Positions 13,501 to 25,500 of a stretch of DNA of 34,908 nt are shown here, in pieces. This DNA comes from Lytechinus pictus (Eukaryota), in the NCBI RefSeq assembly GCF_037042905.1, contig NC_087262.1, positions 2,232,001-2,266,908 of the forward strand, in the 5' to 3' direction. The notes beneath the pieces are model-generated. The model was not told where the DNA came from and did no database searches. It saw only the letters and a list, made by a program, of their open reading frames with translations. The position numbers and the translations under genes are program-made. How positions within the stretch are numbered: position 1 is the first letter of the stretch; each line of letters begins with the position of its first letter.

Positions 13501-16500
13501 TAGGTTATAAAATGCGCATGGCTACTCCCTTTATTACGCAATAAAGTACAAATAATGACGTCACTGAATTATGCTAAGTATGGTGAGACTACCACATATC
13601 GACCACCTCTTTTGAAACCGACCACCTTGCGCGCGTTAAAATTATTGCGTATTACAAACGATACGCGCGGGAGAGTAGGCGCAGTGTCCATAGAAACGGA
13701 AAGAATCAATTTTACGAGATAAAAAGAAGCAACAAAAAGTAAAAATTTAGTAGAATTAATCAAAATTGTATTGACCAGACCCAAACCTCGCTGATTTTCT
13801 TGACTCATTGAATAATTTATTAAATCATCATTCTGTTCAAAACAAAAAGTGTATAATAATGGGAGATTTTAATTATGATCTTTTATCGAGTAATATTAAT
13901 ATTTCCACACATGAATTTTTAGAGACATTCCTCTCTGCTTCCTTCCTGCCACTCATTTCTAAACCCACTAGAATAACCAGAACTTCAGCAACTCTCATTG
14001 ACAACTTCTTTTCAAATATACAGTCAGAGTTTAATGCTGGAATTGTTCTGTCAGATATATCCGATCATTTTCCGATATTTATGCATTACACTGATAAATT
14101 TCAACCAAATAATACCCCCAGTGATTTTGCAAAAAGACGCGTGTTTAGTGACGAAAACATTGATCGTTTGAAGTTAAGCCTTGAGGAAGAAACTTGGCAT
14201 GATGTATTTAATAACGAAGATGTTAATCATTCGTATGATAAATTTATTGACATTTTCATGTCTCACGTAAATCGAAATATTCCTTATTCTACACATAAGT
14301 CTAAAAATTATAAGAAGTCGCCAAGACTTCCTTGGATTACGAATTCGATTCTGCGATCGATAAATCGAAAAAATAGGTTATACTATAAACACTTGTCTAA
14401 ATGTACTGATCAAACAAGGATTCAGTATACCAGTTATAAGAATGTACTTACAAGTGTCATCCGCACAGCAAAAAAGGTATATTATCATGACCAATTTAAT
14501 CGCTGTCAAAATGATCTAAGACGAACATGGAAGATAATAAATTCTACCCTTCACAATGGATCAAAGCATCCCAAGATTACTAAGCTTAGGCATAATAATG
14601 CTATAATTGAGAATACAATTCAAATGGCAAATATTTTTAACAATTATTTTTCCAATGTAGGTTTTAACCTCGCTAGCCATATACCATCAACAGATCACTC
14701 TTTTCATAATTATCTGACTGATAGAAACGAAAGTTCTTTATTTTTCTCTCCTACCTACCCACAAGAAATAATCAAAATCATATATGGGCTGAAATTGAAT
14801 AAGAGTGCAGGATTTGATGGAATCGATAACAACCTTCTGCAAAAAACTATGAATTATATTGTTCATCCTCTCGTTCATATATTCAATCTGTCTTTATCAT
14901 CTGGACATATTCCAGAATCAATGAAAATTTCGAAAATAATTCCGGTTTTCAAAAAGGGTGATAGAGAGCTAACAAATAATTATAGACCCATTTCATTGCT
15001 AACAACTTTGTCCAAAATCCTTGAAAAGTTGGTCCACATTCGTACAACAAATTTCTTTCATAAGCACAATATTCTTTCTAATACTCAATATGGCTTCCGA
15101 GAAAAGAGTAGCACTACTCATGCAATACTTTCTTTAGTTCAAAAGGTAGCTAAAGAAAGTGACCTGTCTTCTAATACGGTTGGTTTGTTCATAGATTTTT
15201 CTAAAGCATTTGATACTGTTGATCACGACATCCTTCTTTTCAAACTTTCTCATTACGGCATTCGGGGAAAACCATTGATATGGTTTAGGAATTATCTTAA
15301 AGGGCGCTCCCAGTTCGTTTCACTTAATGACAATTTCTCTGAACACAAGCCTGTCCTTTGCGGAGTTCCGCAGGGCAGTATTCTGGGTCCACTTTTGTTC
15401 ATAATTTATATAAATGACATTGAAAAGTCGTCTAGGTTACTTCAATTCATTCTTTTTGCTGATGATTCAAATATATTTTTCTCACATCATGATCCAAAAC
15501 AATTGACGCAAATGTTAAATAAAGAACTTAAAAACGTTGCAAATTGGATAAAAGCAAACAAATTATCACTAAACCTTGATAAAACTAGTTATATGCTGTT
15601 TAGTAATAAATTTGAAGCTTTACCAAATGATGTAATTTTTGATGGTACTGTCATCCAAAGGGTCCGATCAACTCGATTCCTTGGGCTAATCATAGATGAC
15701 AAGCTTTCCTGGAAACCGCACGTTGACAATGTCTGCAAAATCATTGCTCGAAATACTGGGATCCTTGGTAAATTAAAACAATTCTTACCACACACTATTA
15801 TGTTATCCTTGTATTCTACATTAATCCTCCCTTACTTAAATTATGGACTTATTGCTTGGGGTAATGCAACAATTTGGCTGATCGATAGACTATTTATATT
15901 GCAAAAAAGAGCTATTCGTGTAATAAATAATGCAGATTTCCGGGCACATACAAATAATCTATTCTTGAAAAATAAAATTCTGAAAATTAAAGAACTGTAC
16001 ACTTTTCAACTTGGACAGTTTATGTTCAAGCTTAATACTAAACAACTACCTATGCCTCTAATTGATATGTTTTTTAAAAATAGTTCGATTCATAGTCACT
16101 TCACACGCCAAGCAAACTCTTTTCATTTACCACTGAACAGAACATCATTTGCTCAAAAAACGTTTATTGTTATGGGTCCTAAGCTATGGAATTCTTTTAC
16201 AATTGATATAAAACAAAGCAATTCTATACAAATGTTCAAAAAACGACTTAAATCATTTCTCCTGAATTATTACTAAATATTTAATTCATCAATTACAAAT
16301 TAAGCCTTCAGTGCTAAGAAGGAAACCTTTAATAATTTGTATACACTATGAGTGATTCGTATATTTTTTAATATGATGCATATGATTTGTATAATAATGT
16401 ATATATTACATAATGTAAATATTGTTATTTGTTTGTTTGTTTGTTTGTTTGTTTTTACAAAAGAGCAATTCAGTTGCTATAAACACGTAATTACAACATT

Positions 16501-19500
16501 AGGGGGGCCTACATTATACAAGCTCTGCTTATCAGTTGGCCCTCCCTCCCTTTCAATTATTTATATTTCGATTTGATAATTGTCTATTGTAATTTTATAA
16601 TTTTTTTGTATGTACTTCAAATGTGATTATATGTTACTATGTCAATTGTATCAAAAATTGTAAATATGAAATTGAAAGTGGAAAATAAAATGATTGAATT
16701 GAATTGAATTGAAAAAAAAAAAAAAAAAAAAAAACACCAAGAAATCCGATAGGGAACTGCTTTAGAACAAATATCCGTCGTCAATCGTCGAATCATGTGC
16801 CGGAGCTCGCAGTGGAAGTAGTGAGACGATAATTTAGCATGTTGACATCAAAGAACTGATTTTGAAGAGTAAAAATATTACGCCACCGTGACAAGAATCG
16901 GCCGTAAACTTAGCGTAACGCGGGTGGTCGGTTTCAAAAGACGGGTGCAAATGAGCAAATGTAAAATCGTCGTATTCGTTGTTCGTCGATATATACGCGG
17001 ATTGAATCGAAGTCGCCGAGCGAAACATGGGAATCTGATCTGCTCAATTTTCTGCACAAATGAGACGAAAACTGGGTAAAATTGATGAATATTTTCGCAG
17101 ATACGATGCTTAGAAGATTAGGTGGTCGATAAGGGGTAGTTCTAACCATACTATGGGCTGATGAAAGCGACTCTCACTGAAAATAGAAATAATATAAAAA
17201 ATGAAATGTCGACTGTTTTATTCTTATTTATTTATTTATTTGTTTGTTTGAAAACAGGGAAGCCCATTCAACAATGCGTTGGTCTCACATGGGGCCCTGT
17301 GACAATGTACATATCATAACATAACAATTATATCATTTATATAGCAACATCATAAGAGAGGCATAAATAAATTAGTAAGTACATGTGAAGGAAATATGGA
17401 AACATACAATTAACAATAAAAGTACAATGATTTAAAAAAGCAGATGACGTGAAAGTATTAAGACGTGTATTGTTACAATTACAATTAGCCAAAATCTGAA
17501 AAATTAAGACTTGCCAAGTTTCAAGAACTCGACGTCTTTTCTTCTGTTTTCTTGTGTTCTGTTGAGTCTTGCGAATTCGGCCAACACTAGGCGCTATTAG
17601 GGCTCTGTAGCCTACAATTTACTGATCGATTATTATGTCTGATTTACTGTATCAATATTGATCATTTTGTGGAATATGTCGTTGACAATAATGTTACAAT
17701 CAGTTGCTAGGTTTTGTGATGGGTGCCCAGGCATTGTGTAATGAAATGATGAGCTATGTCAAGTTTTAATACCTCCAGCCGGCCCACAGGCGTACATATT
17801 GGGGGGAGCTTGGGGCCATGGCCCAAAAAGTTTTCTCAACCAAGAAAAAATGGGAGAAAGGTACGTGATTTCAAGGGAAAAGGCTGAAATGTGATATCTT
17901 TCTCCGGATATCAGTAAAAATCTATCCCAAAGTATATTATTTCATTTTTAACACCTGTTTAAAAAAGTCAAACTTTTAACTTTGTAGATTTGTTTTTTCC
18001 CTATACGCCATGTCGGTCCTTTTGTTTTTTTTTGGGGGGGGGTGTTTGTGTTTTTTCTTTATTTTTTGCTCATTACACTACTGCTTCCAGCAAGTTGTTC
18101 CGGGTAAGATCCGAGGATCACCTTGGAATGAAAGGGAGTTTCAGCGTCTTTATTTACAGCGAGAGCGGTGACATGGATGCCCTTCATTGTTGTGTAATTT
18201 ATGTTGAGGAGCAGGTGCCTATGGAGGTTCCACAGATCTTTGTTTATCCCCAATGAACCCAATGGCGAATCACCAAGAAGCTCTTGACCGAAGACTCCCG
18301 CAGGGGAGCATCTAGTTGCCAGGCAATGCGATTAACATTGGGTAAAATATAGATACCAGTAAATGGACCCATAGCGGTAGGCTATATTTGCCGAGTCCAA
18401 GGTTGTCATGTTACATCTTCAGCAACAGTACTGCATCTGTGTACGGTCGTTAAAGGAGCAGTACGACTTTTCGGTGAGGTCGTTGGACGAGCAGATATAC
18501 GACTTTTCGATGAGGTCATTAAAGGAGCAGTACGACATTTTGGTATGGGCGTATATCGTTAAAAGACCAGTAAGCCTACGACATTTTTGTCGTAGTTTTG
18601 TCATTAAACGAACATCACAAAGATCGTGAAGGGCAAATGACGTTTAAAGGGATCCCCTTCCCCATGTTGTTAGTTGGTTTAAATGAAAGCAGAAGAGAAA
18701 AAGGTCGAGGTGGCGGAAGTTTTTAAAATAGATCGCGAAAGCCATAAAATCCCTTTGAAAATGACCAGTAAGTCCGATATCTTGTCTATACAATCTGGAA
18801 GGAAAAAAAAAACTAGTCTAGACATATGTCTAACGTATTTCATCCCTACGGGAAATATAATAACACTCCTGTATGGGGAGCGTTTTATCAACATTTTTAT
18901 CCGACAAGTTGTCAGATCTGACAACTTTCCTTGATGTTGATTGGCTAAGAAGCAGTGTTACTATGGTAACTGTCGGATAAAATGGGAGAATGTCTGACTA
19001 CTCCTTTCATGAAACGCTCCCCTGAGGAGTGTTTCGTGAAATGGCTTGTCAGACATTTTATCCGACAGTTACCATGGAAACTGTGCTCCTCAGCCAATCA
19101 ACATAAAGGAAATTCGTCAGATCTGACAACTTGTCGGATAAAAATGTTGATGAAACGCTCCCCAGCTAAAAGGAGTAGTCCATAAACGATGTTTGGAGAA
19201 ATTACTTTTCTCTAGTTGGAATTCAGGTTCGTTCCATCTCTATAGTACCATGGACCTACTAGCAAAGGTCCATGATAGTACTAGACTTCCTTTTCAAATG
19301 TACTGATTAGAGTTTTAATGGGAACTGCTAGAGTGTGGCATTGATGGAACAGAGAAATGATCGATCCATAGCCTACATTCCTGGATGTTCTTCGAGGGTG
19401 ATAGCCGCATCAATCAACCTTCCCTGGTGTAGCATCCAAACAGGAGGTGAGAGGGGCGTATCGCTGGAACAAAACAATAAAAAGATAGTAAGGTGTCCGA

Positions 19501-22500
19501 TATAAAAATGTTTCTATGTGCAAGTTCGAAGAAATCGAGGATTTTGGTTTCCTGCGCAAGTCATTCCACTATAATATTACGTGCCTTTTAATGTTATCTT
19601 TCACAGATGAGCGCTACACAAAATATGTCTGCATATATTACTATTATTTTAAATACAGTGAATTCTTCATAAGTCGACTTTCCATTTGTCGAATAATCGA
19701 CTTTTAAACTCAAAGCATCTGGCTGGCTGTCTCGTCAGTTGGCAACACAGCTAGGGTCGCCCCCTTTGAATCTATCCTGAACATACCGTGAATGTTATAA
19801 GAGGAAGGTCATGGTGTATGCTATGAGAAGATAATTACTCTCAAGACGATTTAATTACCCCCTCTCTCTAACACGATGTCATTCGCGTGTGGTGGTTTGC
19901 ATTCCCTGTTAAGGAACGTCTGGTTGACGATAAGAAGAGACGTTCAGAGATTGGTGGTAGGGGTAGTCATGGCAGTGGGGGTAGTGGTGGTGATGGGTTT
20001 GGCATACTGTGGCGTATCGTCCACTTCCAACAAATGAAAATCAATTGCATCACGCAATCAGCATAGGTTATTCCTTCTAGATATTCACCAAACATGTTAA
20101 GGGAGTGAATAATAAGAAAAGAATAGGCATAAACCACGGTCTTTTTATCTATAATTATATTATCTATCATTTTGATAGACTGTTTACTCGCTGTTGTTTA
20201 CAAAATCGAAAGGCGCCAGTTGTGCCATTTCATTGGGTCGACCGTACATAAGGTTTACCTTTCTTCTGTTCAAAGTAAACATTTTTTAACACTAGCGTAC
20301 AGATGGGGTGAAATGGGGCCATGGGCCGCCAAATCTTTCCACGACTAAGGAAAAAAAAAAGAAGTAAGGAAAAGAAAAGGGGTTAAATGTGATATTATTG
20401 TCTTAATATGATTTTTTTTTTTTTTTTTAAAGGTCAAAAATTTTGCTCGCTTGCTCCGTTCTCTCGCAGCTTTTTTTTTTTTGGAGGGAGGGGCGAATTT
20501 GCCTCAAACGCCATGTCTGGCCCCCACCACATTGTTGGCCCATTACGCTATACTGGTATTGTGTTAATGTTTATACTGTATTATAATGTTTGTTTTATGA
20601 TGAGAAGAATATAATAATTTGAACTGAATTGTAGTTTGACCTCAACGATCATCCTTACATGACAATTCGAGAAATATTTCGATTTGTTACCCTTTTATTT
20701 CTATTACTGTATTTTTCAGGTAAACACAGCTTATGATCACCCTTCATTGGAAGCTAACATTCAATTTGTCGTTGTTCGGATTGTACTACTGAACAGGCAG
20801 CAGGTGATTATCCCTTTCAAATACGAAGTGATTCTCCCATTTCTTTTCATAATTTGTGTAAAGTATAGAAAATTTTATTAAACGCAATATCCATTTTTAT
20901 ATTGATATTTAAAAGATCTATGCCCGGTCTTCAAATTCTTGTATTAAAACTGTGTGCATTTGGTAGATGGACAGAATAATATACTATCACATAACTGATT
21001 TCTGTAAATAAACATACAAAAGTATTGTTGGGCTTCTAATTCTAATATCAGAATACTATATTTACAATACTTTTATTGTATATAACATATTTTTCATTTA
21101 AACTTTAAAAGTAATGTAGTAGTATGTAATTATATTTTCCTTGAACATGCTGAAGATTAGGAAATCATTAGTTGTTGGGTAGTGATTATTGATGGTCAAT
21201 ATCATCATTCTTTTTACTTTCTTTCTCCAGTCGAAATACATGGTAGTAGAGAACAACGCTCCAGCCAGTTTGACCAATGTTTGTCGATGGGCAGCTACTC
21301 AGACCACACGTGATGACTCGGCCCCAGAGCATCACGACCATGCCATCTTTATCACCAAAGAAAACTTCGGACCAGCTGGTAGGTATCTTCCACCTCTCCT
21401 TGCTTTAGAAATAAACACAGTATTTCACAGTGTGTTCAAATTGTGTTCATAGTGCGGATTACAACGTGATATCTTCACACTGTAGAAAAGCTCAAATTTA
21501 ACATATTTCGGACTTTTCGCATTTACTACGGGGAAACTCTCTACAACGCACCATTTCCTTTGAAAATGCAAGCCAAATTACAATGGAAAGCTGAGAAGCT
21601 TTTGTCGAAAGTTGGTGGACCGGGGCAGCATCGGAATATCTTGACCATGGACAACGACATATTTGCAATTAACGTCCGGTGCAAGTCTTCGGATGATCTG
21701 CTGTCCCAGTCCACCAACTTTCGACGAAAGCCTCTCAGCTCTCCATTGTGGTTTTAATTGCATTTTTAAAGGAATCGATGCGTTGTAGAGAGTATCTCCG
21801 TAGTAAATGCGAAAACTTCCTGAGAGCACTCTCACGGTAACTGTGTTCCCAGTGTGAATATATCTTTACATTGTTGAAGTTATGCGTTTAAATCATTGTG
21901 GATCATATCTTCAGATACTCCACTACTTGAACATTCTGTGAACACACAGTGAAACAATGATATTTCTCAGCAGGGTTGGGTCCCTTATAAATAGTTGTAA
22001 CATGCAGGCGTATCATTATAGGTTTGACCATGACTTTACAGAGATGTGACTGTTTCATAAATGCATATAGTAGCTCGATAGCAGTTACTTTATCCATTTC
22101 ACATCTCATGACCAATTGAATTCATGACACAGAAACCAAGACCCCTTTTGTTGAGGGTTTCCAAAATTAAAACTGGCCAATTTATGCTATATTAATAGTT
22201 ACACCAATGAAACCGACCTCAATCGAATAGCTTTGACTTTCTTGAGTCGGTTTATGCCAATGCTACTGTGGCATCAAGAAGAGATGAAGTTCAAAACAAG
22301 TAACGAGTGTCGAATCAATGTTAATTTGAACTTTGAAGTTTGGCTCAATGACAGTCAGTTAGCTGCATGACAGTCTTTGTCAGTCAATCCGCATTATTGG
22401 TGGCAGCGGTGGGATGCTAGGAGTAATGATGAAACGAACTGTGATAACTTGGCAAATCTCAAATATTATTTAGCGTTTTTGTTAATATTTGTATTTACAA

Positions 22501-25500
22501 AACAAAAGTCGTGTGAACATATCCAGGATGACTCTGACTCCTGGGGAGCGTTTCATCAACATTTTCATCCGACAAGTTGTCAGATCTGACATCTTTCCTT
22601 GAATTTGATTGGCTGAAAAGCACAGTTACTATGGTTACTGTCGGAAAAATGGGACTTGTCGGATAAAACGTCCGACAAGTCATTTCATGAAACGCTCCCC
22701 TGATATAGGCATAAGATGAATTTCAAATTCAGATCCAAATCAGCGTTTGAAAGTGGGAAATTTTACCGTTTTATAATCCACACTTTCTTTCCCCAAATTT
22801 AAATGGATGTTTTCTACCGGAAGCGGGACAGAGCAATGAACAGAAACAGTGACACTGTCTCCATGAAAATATCATTTGGTCGAGGAAAATGTAACATCAA
22901 TACCTTGAATTGTCAAAGATCAAGTTTATCATCATGACTAAAAGACAGCTGCAATGCCTCGGAAATGAAATATGGTTATCTGGGAATGTCTCTGGAATCT
23001 CCTTGATGTCGTTACAGGGTAGCAATTTAAATTTCATGACAGATTGGTAACCCCCTGCCAGCCCCATAATGGTCAGTCTGACTTTCACAAACAAATGGAC
23101 TATTTCTCCCCATTAAAGTTGTAGGCCCTAAACATCATAAGACGGATCTGGGCTTCTGTAAACGAGCAGATATGTTATTCTATGGAAATGTTGATGCATA
23201 TGCAATGATTGTACTTTCAGAAAAATTCATCTTTGAGTAGTAAGGAAGGGTACGTGCCAAAAGACATGATAGATCTCATTCTATATTTCTTTCAGAGAAA
23301 GACAGCATCCATTTTAAAAAAATACATTAATGAAGGATCGGCGAACCGCTTTAAAATATGAAAACCAATCTGAATTCCTCAAAGATACATTATCTAATAA
23401 TGTAAATATGTTTATATATACAGTGCGTCCCAGAAAAAACGAAACCGAGATTAAGCGATGATTTATCATAACTTAATCACAAATACAATAGACAAATGAC
23501 CTACCAATGTAAAGCTTAGAATCTCCTCTTTCATCTGATATTACTTCGATTATTCCTCCTTCACGCATGAGTGAGCAAAAACAATTTGAAGAAAGGATAC
23601 CAAAAACTCATTTGGCGGGGGTATCTGAATTTTATAAAGAAAATCACATGCCTAAAAAGTTTAATATCTGCTCTTTAATTTGATACCTTAATCACAAAAA
23701 ATGGTCAAGAAGTAAAAAAGTTACGTTCCCTCGAAACAATGCTTGTATTTCCATAATTTCATTAAATAAACGTGTTTTCACCGGTTTCCCACAGAAGCTA
23801 TCGCATGGTTAACAAAAGACTTCATGCATGGCTGATCGTCAACAAAACGGAGTGTCGAGTGGGTTTGAAGGCTAGCCTGTAAAACCTCTTCATTTTGTGA
23901 AATTATTGAAATTCAAGCCTTATTTCAAATAACCAGAACTTTCTTATTTTTAGACCATTTTCTGTAATTGAGGTATCAAATTAAAGAGCAGATATTGAAC
24001 TTTTTAGAAATGTGGTTTTCTTTTTGAAACCCAGATACAGCCCGCCAAATGACTTTTTGGTATCCCCTCTTCAAATTGTTTTTGCTCACTCATGCGTGAA
24101 TGAGAAATAATCTAAGTAATTTCAGATGAAAGAGGAGATTCTAAGCTTTACAATGGTAGGTCATTTGTCTATTGTACTTGTGATTAAGTTATGATAAATC
24201 ATCGATAAATCTCGGTTTCGTTTTTTGTGGGACGCACTCTATATATATATTTATATACGTAAACTAGATCAAGAGTTCTATATTATATACGTTTTAATTA
24301 AAGGAATAAGCATATTTAATCGTTATATCAGAGTATGATAATAAAGTTTTGTTCATGGTTTCAATCTGAAACATTTTTCTCAATAATTATTGACTCGCCA
24401 AAAAAACCATCTGAAAACAAACCTATTAACTCTTCATCTGAACTCGTTTTATACCACAAAACGCGCTTTGTAACCTCTAAAAAAGCACTATAATATCCAG
24501 TAATTACTATCTGATTATTTGTTTTATTTTGAAATCAAAATTTCCATGACTTGTCTCCTACAGGTTACGCTCCTGTTACTGGTATGTGCGCTATCACAAG
24601 AAGCTGCTCTCTAAACAAAGATGAAGGTCTCTTATCGTCATTTGTGATCGCTCATGAGTCGGGTCACGTGTAAGCTTTCATCCTCGTATTCCATCTATAA
24701 TTCCTTAACATAATATATATTTATGTATAAGAATGTCTTTTCAAGTTAACTTAAATTTTGACGATTATGTGATACTAAAACGATTATTATGAATTGTTGT
24801 CCCTGTTAAAGTGCCAAAGTCAGTTCCTGTATATTGTATCTTTTGTAATATTAATTTTTACCCTCAATGCGATATTCCATACTTTCATAGTATCAATATC
24901 ATAGTGCCAATCCCGGTGCCAATATCTAGTCTACAGAATCAATGGCTGTGTATTTTGTGTATATACTTTGATGGCAGATAAATTATAAAGTTTAGTTACT
25001 TTATAAAGTGTATAATATTTTGTTTTAGGAATCGTCAAAGATGTTTTTTTTTTTAGATTTCCTTGTATTTGAACTATTTCCCTGTATAAGATTATACTTT
25101 GACTACCATTATATATTTCTTATAAAATTGAAAGTAAAGAACGACGCATGTACCTAATGTGAAGTTAGGAGAAAGAAAAATCCACACCTATCAGATTTCA
25201 AAACAGTCATTTTACTTTTGTTTAAATCATTTTTCAATTATTATCTTAATTAAACGAAAATTATACAGTCATACATAATTGGCGCTAACTTGATAAATTT
25301 GTTCACAGCTTTTGTAACCTTCGAGAAGTAAACAATTATGGTGTCTACATGGGTACTCTGCAATTTATGGTACAAGTGCATTTCATTTCGGGCATTGTTT
25401 CTGTATAAGAAACGATATAAATCTGTAGTTTAGTTTCATAATATGGAAACGATTATATGAAACTCCATCAAGACACAACGTCTTATTTCAATTCCAATTA

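Larger units (their letters stand above)
13577..17152. mobile_element. Non-autonomous element of about 0.6 kb with bipartite inverted ends, interrupted by the LINE
   Basis: 13577-13608 is an imperfect inverse of 17120-17152; 13608-13626 (tcttttgaaaccgaccacc) is the exact inverse of 16923-16941. Confidence 0.7.

Noticed and set aside
19249-19284. Helitron 3' end (hairpin followed by CTAG) bounding the kinase cassette
   Set aside because: The CTAG is not followed by T, no matching 5' TC end was found, and the 7-bp direct repeat explains the structure better.
21379-24563. Missing micro-exon for the vertebrate GMQ tripeptide between FGPA and GYAP
   Set aside because: Exons D and E join in frame without it, and no candidate 9-nt exon could be supported.
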